This document shows positions 19,899 through 30,631 of a stretch of DNA of 64,000 bases, piece by piece. How positions within the stretch are numbered: position 1 is the stretch's first letter; each line of letters opens with the position of its first letter. Both the position numbers and the translations under genes were made by a program. This DNA is from an uncultured Chloroflexia bacterium. Lineage in GTDB: Bacteria > Chloroflexota > Anaerolineae > JAAYZQ01. Below the pieces are notes generated by a model that ran no database searches, had not been told where the DNA came from, and saw only the letters and a list, made by a program, of their open reading frames with translations. The DNA is taken from NCBI GenBank assembly GCA_963700285.1, contig CAVOXA010000014.1, positions 768,001 through 832,000 on the forward strand, given 5' to 3'.

Positions 19899-22045
19899 GT
19901 AATCCTCCTCTTCTGTGCCCGGTTGCGTAGGAGCACGGCGGCAGCATTCAGGGCCAGGAGTAGGGTCAAGAGCACGAGGATGGCTGCTGCCGCGATGTTC
20001 CGGAACTCATCCTGTGGACGCGACGTCCACTGGTAGATTTGGATGGGAAGCGTCGTAAACTTGGAGAACGGGCTATTGGGGTCGACGGTGATAAAAGTCG
20101 AGGCGCCGACCACGACCAGGGGTGCGGTCTCACCGATGGCGCGGGAAACCGCCAAGATGGTGCCCGTCAGGATACCCGGAAGCGAGCCGGGCAGGACGTG
20201 GTGCCAGATTGTCTGCCATTTGGTCGCTCCCAGGCCATAACTGGCCTGGCGCAGGGAATTGGGCACAGCCCGGATGGCCTCCTGGCCGTTGATGATGATC
20301 AATGGCAGGATCAATAGCGCCAGGGTCAGGCCGGCCGATATGATGGTCCGCCCATTGGCCGTAGTGGGATCGGTCAAACCCAGGAGTGTTCCGCTGGTCA
20401 GAGGTTCAAGAGCACGGACAAAGATGGCCAAGCCCAGCATGCCGTAGATGATGGAGGGCACACCGGCCAGGTTGTTGATATTGGTCCGGATTAAGCCATT
20501 GAGCCAGTTGTCTGCGGCGTACTCTTCCAGGTAGATGGCTGCGCCAACCCCCAGCGGAAAGGCTACACACACCGTAATGAGGATCGTAAACAGGGAACCA
20601 AGGATGGCCGTCCGCACGCCCGCTCGCTCCGGCTCGGGTGATTGGGGCGTGATCAGAAACTTGGGGTTGATCCAGGACACAAACTCGACATCTGCATCTG
20701 GATACTTGGCAGCGGCCTCGGCCAAGACCTCCGACCGCCTGAAAACGGAATCAAAGAGCGACCACGTCTGCTCGATCTTGGGTTCAACGACTCGCTCCAG
20801 AACCAAAGCATGCACATCCTCATGGGTACGCTCCACAAAAGGCATCTCGCTCTCATAACGCCGGAAGAGACCTTTGGACACGTTGGCCTGGAGAATGCCG
20901 ACCAGCGTCCCTTTGGGCAGATCCTGTAGGTTCTGATCCAGCACGGATTCGACGAAAAAGTCCAGGGTCCCGCTATCAGCCCCCGGAATGTAGCGTACGA
21001 TGGGCTCATGAGGCCAGTCCGGATCGACATCTGACCAATAACCAGCCTCTGCAAAGATCTGCTGTAGCTGCCCAGAGGTCGCCTCAGTCAAGAATCCGTT
21101 CTCCTGGCTGACGACAACGGCTAGGGCATCGGTTCCGACCCGGAACTCTGCTGGCTCTCGCTTCCCCTTGCGGCACAGCTCAACCTCTATGCGCTTGATG
21201 CGCCTGCTGGCGTTCGAGATCTCTGTGTCGCGGTCCACGCAGAATCGCCGGAAACCAGCGCTGCTGCCGATGCTCTCTACAGAGATCTCTCCCGAATAGC
21301 CATCGTTCTGGAACCTCTGAACCATACGCGCAGAGAGCGGAGCGACGGTAGAGCTTCCGACCGTTGTCATGTCACCCGCTACCGACTCGGGGCGCACAAC
21401 TGGCAGTTCACCAGCAACCGGCAGGCCCATCGCCTCCAGCCAGGCCGCTTTGGATTCGCGGAGCGCCTCGTCGCTGAGAGGGAAATAGCCGACAACCTCA
21501 ATCTCCTCATCAACGTGAGTCAGGTAGTAGTTAAGAAAGGCAGCGACATGGGGGAATTCCTGCATCAAGCCGGCCGTCGAGTAGAGGAACAGCGGCCGCG
21601 ATAGCCCATAGTCGCCAGAGTCCACCGTATCTGCGGTCGGAGCAACACCATCGACCGCAAGGGATCGTAGCTCTCCGGCATGGCTCTGATAGTAGGCATA
21701 GCCAAAGAAACCAATGGCATTGGGATTATCTGCGATCTTTTGCGCAAGCTCTTCATCGTCCTCGCTGTGCACCGTGTTGGGCAGCGAGAGCACGCGCTCC
21801 TTCTGCGCAGTCGCCGCCAGAGCCCCAGGGTCCATGCTGTTCTGACCAGCCACATAGCCAAAGGCGCCATTGATGATGTTGAGCAGCAGCGCCGTAAGCG
21901 CAATGATGCCAATTATTGTGGATACCTGTAGCACAAGCTGCCACGCTTTCGCTGTACGGTAGCGACCGGGGAGGTTGTCCCCAAAGTCATCGCCCTTGCT
22001 GGGGAAATCTATCTCCCGCGCCCCCGCCTTTCGTCGACGAGCCAT
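19895..22045 (-). CDS. pstA: Phosphate ABC permease PstA with inserted, circularly permuted PstS domain
   Basis: C-terminal PstA core ([28 protein letters not shown]); aa ~81-372 align to the PstS C-half followed by the N-half. Confidence 0.93.
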   Translation of the reverse strand: MARRRKAGAREIDFPSKGDDFGDNLPGRYRTAKAWQLVLQVSTIIGIIALTALLLNIINGAFGYVAGQNSMDPGALAATAQKERVLSLPNTVHSEDDEELAQKIADNPNAIGFFGYAYYQSHAGELRSLAVDGVAPTADTVDSGDYGLSRPLFLYSTAGLMQEFPHVAAFLNYYLTHVDEEIEVVGYFPLSDEALRESKAAWLEAMGLPVAGELPVVRPESVAGDMTTVGSSTVAPLSARMVQRFQNDGYSGEISVESIGSSAGFRRFCVDRDTEISNASRRIKRIEVELCRKGKREPAEFRVGTDALAVVVSQENGFLTEATSGQLQQIFAEAGYWSDVDPDWPHEPIVRYIPGADSGTLDFFVESVLDQNLQDLPKGTLVGILQANVSKGLFRRYESEMPFVERTHEDVHALVLERVVEPKIEQTWSLFDSVFRRSEVLAEAAAKYPDADVEFVSWINPKFLITPQSPEPERAGVRTAILGSLFTILITVCVAFPLGVGAAIYLEEYAADNWLNGLIRTNINNLAGVPSIIYGMLGLAIFVRALEPLTSGTLLGLTDPTTANGRTIISAGLTLALLILPLIIINGQEAIRAVPNSLRQASYGLGATKWQTIWHHVLPGSLPGILTGTILAVSRAIGETAPLVVVGASTFITVDPNSPFSKFTTLPIQIYQWTSRPQDEFRNIAAAAILVLLTLLLALNAAAVLLRNRAQKRRIT

Positions 22046-23238
22046 TACTCGTATACCTCCCGGAAGCGCCGCACAATGCGCTGGCTGATGATGTTGAGGG
22101 ACAGAGTGATAAAGAACAGGACGAGTCCGATAGCAAAGATGCTGTTATAGTCGATGGAATCGTAGCTGATATCGCCGCCGCTGATGCGCACGATATGGCC
22201 TGTCATGGTTTCCGCTGAATCAAAGGGGTTCAGCGTAAAGTTTGGCCCCGCACCAGCAGCGATGGCGACAATCATCGTCTCGCCGATGGCGCGCGAGATA
22301 GAAACGATAAAGGCGGCCGTGATCCCCGACAGAGCCGCAGGGAGCACCACTTTGATCGCTGTCTCCCAGCGTGTAGCGCCCATGCCGTAGGCCGCCTCCC
22401 GGAGGGATCGCGGTACTGCGCTCAAAGCGTCCTCGCTCATGGAACTCACAAGAGGCAAGATCAGAATGCCGATCACGATGCCAGCGGAAGCCGTATTGTA
22501 GATCTGGACGGTCTCAACGCCGAAAATGGTGCGCAACAAAGGCGTCATGAAGGTAAGAGCAAAATAGCCATAGACGACTGTCGGAATCCCAGCCAGTACC
22601 TCCAGCACTGGCTTCAGGATGCCCCGCGCCCGGGGTGATGCGTACTCGCTCAGATAGATGGCTGCGCTCAGGCCAAGAGGGAGGGCGACGACCATGGCCG
22701 CAAGGCTGGTCATGAGCGTGGCGGTGACTAGGGGCCAGATCCCGAAATGTCCAATCTGGGGATTCCACTTGGTACCGGTCGCAAACTCAACCAGCGAGAC
22801 CTTGTTGGCCACGAACACCTCGCTGCCGATCTTGTGGGGAACAGCCTCTGTTCCGTTCACGGCGCGCTCGACTGTGTACAGGGCGGCATCTACATCGAGG
22901 ATGAGCATCTCTTCCTCGCTGATGCGGACGACGTCGTCCACTTCCAGGCTGGCGCCACCTGTACTCAGTTTCAGTATGGACTGGCTATAGCCAACAGGCG
23001 CCTCGATCTGCTTGTTCGTCTGCTCCCAAGAAACCTCGGTAAAGAAACTGAGCGACTCCTTGGCCAAAAAGTACACGATCCCAATGGTGGTAAAGATGGA
23101 CAAGACAGCGCATGCGAACAGAAGGGTCTGTATGACGCTTTCCCCGATGCGGGGGCGTTTCCGCAAGGCTAGCTTCAGGTCAGCGTCTGACATATCTATG
23201 ATGGTACTGCTTTGCCCCACCGCCATCTCTTTCTGCAT
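22045..23238 (-). CDS. pstC: Phosphate ABC permease PstC with extracellular insert
   Basis: [29 protein letters not shown]; extra ~78 aa after TM1. Confidence 0.95.
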   Translation of the reverse strand: MQKEMAVGQSSTIIDMSDADLKLALRKRPRIGESVIQTLLFACAVLSIFTTIGIVYFLAKESLSFFTEVSWEQTNKQIEAPVGYSQSILKLSTGGASLEVDDVVRISEEEMLILDVDAALYTVERAVNGTEAVPHKIGSEVFVANKVSLVEFATGTKWNPQIGHFGIWPLVTATLMTSLAAMVVALPLGLSAAIYLSEYASPRARGILKPVLEVLAGIPTVVYGYFALTFMTPLLRTIFGVETVQIYNTASAGIVIGILILPLVSSMSEDALSAVPRSLREAAYGMGATRWETAIKVVLPAALSGITAAFIVSISRAIGETMIVAIAAGAGPNFTLNPFDSAETMTGHIVRISGGDISYDSIDYNSIFAIGLVLFFITLSLNIISQRIVRRFREVYE

Positions 23239-23305
23239 CTACTCCCTCCCGTGACAACGCGGCAGGATACGGGGATACCTGTACCCTACCGCCTGATAGA
23301 TATGG

Positions 23306-23340
23306 TGGCCGGGGAGGGAGGCGTTCTCCCTCCCCGGCCA
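23306..23340. other. Strong pstS-pstC intergenic hairpin
   Basis: TGGCCGGGGAGGGAG-gcgtt-CTCCCTCCCCGGCCA, perfect 15-bp stem without U-tract. Confidence 0.75.
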
Positions 23341-23390
23341 TGGGCCATGCTCGTGAGGAGGCCCAACGGGTAGAAGCTATTTCCAGAAAG

Positions 23391-25399
23391 CTACTGGCCT
23401 ACGGCACCCAGCCAGGACTGCTTTGCAGCTTCCAGGCCCTCAGGGCTGGCCGGGAAGTAGCCCACATCCGTGATCTCTTCGTTCACATAGGTCAGGTAGA
23501 AGTTGATAAAGTCAGCCACCTGTGGCTTCTCTACCATGATGCTGGCCGTCGAGTAGATGAACAGCGGCCGGGCCAACGGATACTCGCCCTTGTCTACCGA
23601 CTCGGCGTTGGGCTCCACACCCTCGATCGACAGAATTTTGAGCACATCCTGGTTCTCGTCATAGTAGGCGTAGCCAAAGAAGCCAATGGCGTACGGGCTG
23701 CCCAGGATGCCTTGCACCAGCACGTTGTCATCCTCGCTCAACTGCGTGTTCGACGCCTCCAGGATCGGCTCCTCGTTCTCCTCAAAAACCTCTTCGACAA
23801 AGAAGTCAAAGGTTCCGCTGTCCGTACCAGGAATGAACCGCTGGATCGGCTCCCCAGGCCACTCCGGATTCACGTCCGACCACGTTTCCGCCGTCGAAAA
23901 GATCAGCGCCAGCTCCTCAAGCTCGCCCCAGTCCACAAAGTCGTTGTCCTGGCTAACCACTACTGCCAGAGCATCCGTGCCTACACGGAACTCGATCGGC
24001 TCGCGCCCTATCGCCTGGCACGACTCCACCTCCGAGTCTTTGATCGGCCGGCTGGCGTTGGAGATGTCCGTCTCCCCTTCCACGCAGAACCGCTCAAACC
24101 CAGCCCCGCTTCCGATGCTGTCGATGGTGATATTGTCCGCGTAGCCCTCGTCCTGGAACCGCGCTGCCATTGCCTCCGACAACGGGAACACCGTCGAACT
24201 GCCGGCCGTCACGATGTCGCCCGCTCACTTCCAACGGATTCACCTCAGGCAGCATTGTGCCTTCGGCTGCTGCGGGTTGCTCCGGCGGCGCTGGCGCTGC
24301 CACACTCAGAGCATCCATCCACGCCTGCTTGGCGGCGTTTAGGGCATCGGGGTTGGACGGGAAGTAGCCGACGCCCGTGATCTCTTCGTTGACGTAGGTC
24401 AGGTAGAAGTTGATAAAGGATCGGCCACCTGTGGCTTCTCTGCCATGATGCTGGCCGTCGAGTAGATGAACAGCGGCCGGGCCAGCGGGTACTCGCCTGC
24501 GTCCACCGACTCTGCGCGTGGGCTCTACACCCTCGATCGTCCAGGATGGTCGAGCGCATCCTCGTTCTCGTCATAGTAGGCGTAGCCAAAGAAGCCAATG
24601 GCGTACGGGCTGCCCAGGATGCCTTGCACCAGCACGTTGTCATCCTCGCTCAACTGCGTGTTCGACGCCTCCAGGATCGGCTCCTCGTTCTCCTCAAAAA
24701 CCTCTTCGACAAAGAAGTCAAAGGTTCCGCTGTCCGTACCAGGAATGAACCGCTGGATCGGCTCCCCAGGCCACTCCGGATTCACGTCCGACCACTTCTC
24801 CGCCGTCGAAAAGATCAGCGCCAGCTCCTCAAGCTCGCCCCATCCACAAAGTCGTTGTCCTGGCTAACCACTACTGCCAAAGCATCCGTCCCTACACGGA
24901 ACTCGATGGGCTCCCGCCCTATCGCCTGGCACGACTCCACCTCCGAGTCTTTGATCGGCCGGCTGGCGTTGGAGATGTCCGTCTCCCCTTCCACGCAGAA
25001 CCGCTCAAACCCAGCCCCGCTTCCGATGCTGTCGATGGTGATATTGTCCGCGTAGCCCTCGTCCTGGAACCGCGCTGCCATTGCCTCCGACAACGGGAAC
25101 ACCGTCGAACTGCCGGCCGTCACGATGTCGCCGCTCACTTCCAACGGATTCACCTCAGGAAGGGCCAAGACCGTTACTTCCTTGACCACTTCCACTTCCT
25201 TGACGACCTCTTTCTCTACTTCTTGGGTGACGACAACCACCACTTCTTGAGTGACGACGACTTCGACTTGCTTCTCGACTTCCTGAGTGACGACGACCTC
25301 AACGGTCTCCTTCACCACCCCAGGTGCTGGGGTCGAGCCGCATGCTGCTAGGAACAGGACCACGAGCAGCAATCCGATGACCCAAAAACTCCGACGCAT
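23391..25399 (-). CDS. pstS: Phosphate-binding lipoprotein PstS with two near-identical tandem domains (several frameshifts, probably errors)
   Basis: Lipobox LAAC; VVVTQEVEK linker; GSSTV/SIGSGAG/SGTFDFF/GYAYY motifs each occur twice; frame breaks near 24840, 24540-24420 and 24220. Confidence 0.88.
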
Positions 25400-25472
25400 G
25401 TTGTCTCCTCCATTGAAACAGATGGTATTGTGGCAAACCTTGGCTCACCAAGAAAAAAGATACCACCTCACG

Positions 25473-25533
25473 ATTAACATTTAATCAAAACTAGGTAAAG
25501 AAGGGGTTAATGCCTTGTTAACGATTTGTTAAC
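25473..25533 (-). promoter_or_regulatory. Pho-box-like array upstream of pstS
   Basis: attaa/atcaa/gtaaa/gttaa/gttaa/gttaa at exact 11-bp spacing (25473, 25484, 25495, 25506, 25517, 25528). Confidence 0.75.
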
Positions 25534-25674
25534 AACTGGTGCCAAGCTGGGCACCATTCTCCGGCACAGGTGCTACTTACAGGGGTGACTGGATTGAGCA
25601 ATGTCGGCCAGCAGGGTACCAGGGGAATGGCCATAATCGAGCAGGACCCGCGAATAGCCTGGGCTCTGGCCAGC

Positions 25675-25729
25675 CTTAACCGATTGTTAACCGGAGGCTA
25701 ACCAAAGCTTAATGCGGGGCGTGTATACT
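25675..25729 (+). promoter_or_regulatory. Pho-box-like array plus -10 element upstream of CBM48-like gene
   Basis: TTAAC(25676), TTAAC(25687), CTAAC(25698), TTAAT(25709), then TATACT at 25724. Confidence 0.7.
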
Positions 25730-25835
25730 CATTTGAGTTGATCACAGAGGATGCTATCTTGGAGCGGGGTGCAGAGGGTGAAGCTTCTACCACCGGTTGC
25801 ACCACGTCTACAGCGAGGACCATCACAGGAGAGAG

Positions 25836-26150
25836 ATGATTCGCAAGAGGCCAACAAAAGATGAGAAGAAGGTAATCGTCGAGTTTGAGGTACCCGGCTC
25901 AGTCTGGGCTGAGCGCATCAACTTGGTCGGTGATTTCAACGATTGGGACCGTGAGAGCCTGCCCTTTGTGCGCAGTCGTGATGAGAACTGGCACGTCGAG
26001 CTGGAATTAGAAAAGGGATCTGAGTATCGTTTCCGCTATCTGGTCGATGGGGACAACTGGAACTACGACTGGCACGCCGACAAACATCTACCAGGAACGG
26101 ACGGCGCCTGCGATGCAATCGTGGTGGCCAGGGTCGGACCGGCATCCTAA
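25836..26150 (+). CDS. Stand-alone CBM48-like (isoamylase early-set) domain protein
   Basis: 'LVGDFNDW','YRFRYLVDG..W..D..AD'; AGGAG RBS. Confidence 0.85.
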   Translation: MIRKRPTKDEKKVIVEFEVPGSVWAERINLVGDFNDWDRESLPFVRSRDENWHVELELEKGSEYRFRYLVDGDNWNYDWHADKHLPGTDGACDAIVVARVGPAS

Positions 26151-26181
26151 AGCGTCGCCTGTCTCATCCTCCAAGGCACAC

Positions 26182-27946
26182 CTACTCCACTGACAGAAGG
26201 GCGAACGAAAAAGTACTCCCCTCCCCTTCAACACTCTCCGCCCATATCCGGCCGCCATGGCCCTGCACAATGTGCTTGGCAATGGCCAATCCCAGGCCTG
26301 TGCCCCCCCCGCTGCGCGCCCTGTCCGCCTTGTAGAACCGCTCAAAGATCCGGGGCAGGTCGTCAGCCGGAATCCCCACACCGGTATCCTGTACTGAGAA
26401 CACGATCTCATCGGCGCTCTGGTCTGCTGAGATGACCACCCTACCCCCTGGCGGCGTGAACTTGACCGCGTTGTGGACCAGGTTCGTGACCACCATCTGT
26501 ATTCGGTCTGCGTCGGCAAGGACCAGTGGCAACGGCCTGGTTAAGAAGATGGTGAACTCTATGCCTGCCCGCTCGGCTTGCGGGCGCAGCCTGTCGGCTG
26601 GTGGTACAATCACCTCGGCGGCCGGCGTGGGCTCCAGGTGTAGAGGGGCTTGCCCCGACTCGACACGCGAGAGTTCCAACAACTCCTGCACCATCTGCGT
26701 CAAGGTGTCCACCTCGCTGTCCATGCGCTTGAGGAAGCGCTTGGCCGCGGGCGGATCCTTGATCGCCCCCCCACTTAGCGTATCCACCAGGGCTTTCAGC
26801 CCGGAGAGGGGCGTGCGCAGCTCGTGGGAGATGTTGCTGATGAAATCGCGGCGCACCGTCTCCAGGCGACGGATTCTGGTGAGATCCTGGAGAATAATCA
26901 GATAGCCTTGCGCGCCCACTTCTCGAAAAGGGGTAACGATCGCCTGCAGGAAGAGGTCATGGTGGCTGATATCAACGGTTTCGACCTGCTCGTCACCCGA
27001 CTCGCGGCATCGCTTCCACAGTTCGATAAGTTGGTGATGCGGGGCAGCCTGGGCGAAGGTACGCCCTACCGCTTGCGCCTCGCTTGTACCCAGGATCCGG
27101 GCTGTGGCCGCATTGATGAGCTCCACCCGGCCATGCTCATCAGTAATCAGTACCCCGTCCGCCATGTGGTCGAGCATGGCAGCCAGGCGAGCCCGCTCCT
27201 CGGCCAGGTTCGTCACTTGAACCCGAAGCTGGTCGGCCATATGGTTGAAAGCCTGGGTGAGCTGGCCAATCTCGTCGCGCGAGGTGGAGACAAGACGGGC
27301 ATCGAGATCCCCTTCCGCCATCCGTTCTGCGACCAGGGTAAGACGCCGTATTGGCCGCGCCATGCGCTCGGCGATGACCAAGGCCATGAGGGCAGCCAGA
27401 AGAGCCGTGACCAGGCCCGCGGTAACAATGTTCTGGCGGAGAAGACCGACATTGGCCTCGATCTCTCCCAAAGGCAGCGAAACACGGACGATGCCGAGCA
27501 CTTGCTCTCCATCTGGTGCAGTTGCTGCATAGGCGACGTACATCATGTCATAGCCGACAGTCTTGCTGAACCGAGTGCTACCAGCATGTCCTGTGTTCAG
27601 CGCACCCTCAACTTCTGGCCGGTTCAGATGGTTGTCCATTTGGGTCCGGTCGGCCTCAGAGTCACCCAGCACGACACCATCGGGGCTGATGATGGTGATT
27701 CTAGCCTCCAGCAGAGCTGGACCAGTGCTTGGCCAGCGCGTCCAGCGCGTCAGCAGGCTCGCCGCTGTCCAGTAGCGGCGCAACACTGTCGGCCAGCAAC
27801 CGGGCATCGGCCAGCAACTGGGCATCCAGATCAGCCAGCCGTGCCTGCTGGACCTGGTTCGATACATACAGGGTTAGCCCCAGAGTCGCCACCAGGATGA
27901 GGACCACATAAGGCACTGCGATACGCCAACGGAGGCCATGGAACAT
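26182..27946 (-). CDS. phoR: PhoR-like sensor histidine kinase (HAMP-PAS-HisKA-HATPase); one frameshift near 27720
   Basis: N-terminus MFHGLRWRIAVPY in a second frame; NHLNRPE, SHELRTPL, NAVKF, DTGVGI, GGTGLGL. Confidence 0.88.
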
Positions 27947-27952
27947 CTTTCG

Positions 27953-28693
27953 CTATCCCTCAAAGCAGTAGCCCACCCCGCGCACGGTGACGATCCGGTT
28001 CGGGTTGGCCGGATCAGCCTCGATCTTTTCCCGCAGCCAGCGGACGTGGACGTCAACCGTACGACTGCCACCGCCAAAATCCCAGCCCCACACCCGGTCC
28101 AGGATCAGATCGCGTGTGAGGGCAATGCCCTTGTTCCGGGCAAGGTACAAAAGAAGGTCGTATTCCTTGGGCTTCAGCCGCAACGGCTCGTCGTCACGCA
28201 GGACCTCATGGCGGTCCAGGTCGATGACCAGGTCATCAAAGGCCAACTGCTCGGTTTCGGGCTTGGCATCTTCAACCGTCAACTCCTCGCGAATGAGTCG
28301 CACCCGGCGCAACAGGGCCTTGACCCTGACCAGAAACTCATGCATGCTAAAAGGCTTGGTCAGATAATCATCGGCTCCCATCTCCAGGCCCACCACCCGG
28401 TCCACCTCGCCCGCCCGAGCGGTGAGCATCAGAATGGGCACGATCGTCTCCCGTCGCAGGATGCGACAGACCTCAAGGCCATCCAGGCCGGGGAGCATGA
28501 TGTCGAGCACGATCAGATCTGGCTGTGCCTCGCGAGCAACCTCCAGAGCAGTCAGACCATCGTTTGAGGTCAGGATCTCGTATCCCTTAGCGGCCAGGTT
28601 GTACTCCAGGGCCTCTAGCAGGGTCAGGTCATCCTCGACGACCAGGATCCGATTCTTCGCGCTGTGCTGCTTCTGTTTCTTTATCTTGCCCAC
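27953..28693 (-). CDS. phoP: OmpR/PhoB-family response regulator
   Basis: [35 protein letters not shown]; GTG start inferred. Confidence 0.9.
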   Translation of the reverse strand: MGKIKKQKQHSAKNRILVVEDDLTLLEALEYNLAAKGYEILTSNDGLTALEVAREAQPDLIVLDIMLPGLDGLEVCRILRRETIVPILMLTARAGEVDRVVGLEMGADDYLTKPFSMHEFLVRVKALLRRVRLIREELTVEDAKPETEQLAFDDLVIDLDRHEVLRDDEPLRLKPKEYDLLLYLARNKGIALTRDLILDRVWGWDFGGGSRTVDVHVRWLREKIEADPANPNRIVTVRGVGYCFEG

Positions 28694-28914
28694 GGCTCCA
28701 GCTCCCGATTCTTCTCCGGACAGACGATAGGATCGCCTCGAGGTCCAACCAAAATGAGGTGCTGCACACAAGCACGATCCGGGCTGGACCTGGCTGGCTT
28801 GAAAGGCCCCGATCGCGCACCATGCAACAGCAGTGTATACCAATCTGCCCAATTTGCCAAGAAAGGGTCCTGGACCTGCACCCTCGCTCCAAGTCCAGTC
28901 TCATTGAAGACAGC

Positions 28915-28964
28915 TTGACACGCCCCCCACAACGCGCTATAATACCCCTATCAAACGTTTGGTA
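28915..28964 (+). promoter_or_regulatory. sigma70 promoter with downstream palindromic operator (likely TetR autoregulation)
   Basis: TTGACA-N17-TATAAT followed by TATCAAACGTTTGGTA (28949-28964). Confidence 0.75.
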
Positions 28965-28984
28965 GATCGAAAAAGGTCGAGGGC

Positions 28985-29572
28985 ATGACCCAGCACAAGG
29001 CATCCAGGCAGGACCAGCTCCTCGAGACGGCCACGCGCCTCTTCCGGGAGAAGGGCTACCACCACACCTCCATGCAGGACATGGCGGATGCCTTGGGCAT
29101 GCAAAAGGGCAGCCTGTACTACTATATCGAGGGCAAGCAGGACCTGCTGCGCCAATTGCTGGAACACGCCACATCCCTCCTGGCGGCCGGCATTGACGAT
29201 ATCTATGCCAGCGACCTACCGCCTGCCGAAAAGCTGCGCTGGGCGCTGGAAAAACACGCCGCGGCCATCATGGACCACCGGGACCTGGTCTCTGTCTACC
29301 TGCACGAATACCGCAACCTGCCCCCAGAACAACTGGAGCAAGCGCTGATCGTGCGCAAGCACTATGAGCAGGTACTGATGCACATCGTAATAGATGGCGC
29401 CACCGCCGGCGACTTTCGACCGGTGGACGCCAGGATAGCGGTCTTTGGCCTGCTGGGCATGCTCAACTGGACGCAGGAGTGGTTTTCGCCCGAGGGCCAG
29501 TTCACAGCCCAGGAAATTGCGCGCACACTGGCGGACTTGGCGCTGGGGGGACTGATGGCTCGCGGGACATAA
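28985..29572 (+). CDS. TetR-family regulator (KstR2/FadR-like)
   Basis: HTH 'LFREKGYHHTSMQDMADALGMQKGSLYYY'; 'GMLNW..EWF.P.G'. Confidence 0.9.
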   Translation: MTQHKASRQDQLLETATRLFREKGYHHTSMQDMADALGMQKGSLYYYIEGKQDLLRQLLEHATSLLAAGIDDIYASDLPPAEKLRWALEKHAAAIMDHRDLVSVYLHEYRNLPPEQLEQALIVRKHYEQVLMHIVIDGATAGDFRPVDARIAVFGLLGMLNWTQEWFSPEGQFTAQEIARTLADLALGGLMARGT

Positions 29573-29648
29573 AGCGGTATTCGGAAACCGTAAGTCGAAA
29601 GCTAGCACGGCGAGTATCACGGGTTCCTGCTGAGGAGGAGGTCGGGAA

Positions 29649-30569
29649 ATGCCAACAGTTGATCTTGAGGATCGTGGGACTGTCGCCTACTCCTGGACCG
29701 GGAACGGGCCGGAAACCCTTGTCCTGGTCAACGGTTCAGTCTTCAACTACCACCAATGGGACAAGCAGGCGCTGCCCATTCTGCAGCGGGAACTGGGCGG
29801 CCGCTGCCGCTTTCTCCAGTACGACTATATCGGCATCGGCGGGTCCTCGGCCAAGACCGCCCCCTTTCGAATGCTTGACCTGGCTGACGAGCTGCACGAC
29901 CTGCTGGATGCGCTTTCCGTCGATGGTGTTCACCTGCTGGGCATCAGCAAAGGCAGCCTGGTTGGCCAAGCTTTCCTGATCCGCCACCCCGACCGGGTCC
30001 AAAGTTTCTGCGGACTGGGCAACCCCAACCTGCTCTCCAAAGACTCGGCGCAGGTTTTTGACACCTTTCAGGGGCGCCTCGACGCGCTAGAGACGCTGAA
30101 GGAAACGTGGCCGCAGCGGATCAGCCGTGACAACTATGCCCGCATCTTTAACCAGATCTATGTGCCCTCCCTGTTCGACAAGCCCTACACCACCCTGTCC
30201 CTCGCAGAGCGGCTGCGCGCGCTGCTGGTACGGCGCATGATATACCCCGCCCTGGAGGGGACCTACGTCCAGACGATGGTAGATCTTTTTGATTATTATG
30301 TGAACTATGCCTCGGAGGAAGCACTGGCCTTTGCCCAGGGGCTGCCGCAGGTACGCGGCATCCCGATCCTTCTGCTCAATGGCACCGCCGACACGACGAC
30401 GCCTCTGTACATGTCGAGAGAACTGGCCCAACTGCTGCCCGAGGCTGAACTGGTCGAATTTGAGGGAGTGACCCACATGGGACCGATGATGCTGAAAAAA
30501 GAGGCCAAGCCGGTCTTTGACCGGTACCTCGCCTTTATGCAGCCCGAGGGTATGACGCGCAGCACTTGA
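29649..30569 (+). CDS. Alpha/beta-fold hydrolase
   Basis: Nucleophile elbow GISKG; 'G..D..TP'; 'GVTH'. Confidence 0.8.
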   Translation: MPTVDLEDRGTVAYSWTGNGPETLVLVNGSVFNYHQWDKQALPILQRELGGRCRFLQYDYIGIGGSSAKTAPFRMLDLADELHDLLDALSVDGVHLLGISKGSLVGQAFLIRHPDRVQSFCGLGNPNLLSKDSAQVFDTFQGRLDALETLKETWPQRISRDNYARIFNQIYVPSLFDKPYTTLSLAERLRALLVRRMIYPALEGTYVQTMVDLFDYYVNYASEEALAFAQGLPQVRGIPILLLNGTADTTTPLYMSRELAQLLPEAELVEFEGVTHMGPMMLKKEAKPVFDRYLAFMQPEGMTRST

Positions 30570-30631
30570 AACCACCACCAGTGGAACAGCCGGCCGGACC
30601 GGTAATGGGGACACAAGCAAGGAGGAAAAAC

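Noticed and set aside
25170-25310. Repeats in 5' pstS considered as a CRISPR-like array
   Set aside because: They encode the VVVTQEVEK low-complexity lipoprotein linker; no spacers or cas genes
27701-27730. Programmed frameshift or pseudogenisation of phoR (likewise fadD ~31200/31625, MBL ~47207, pstS)
   Set aside because: Scattered small indels without slippery sites in otherwise intact genes; most simply read or polishing errors, needs read check
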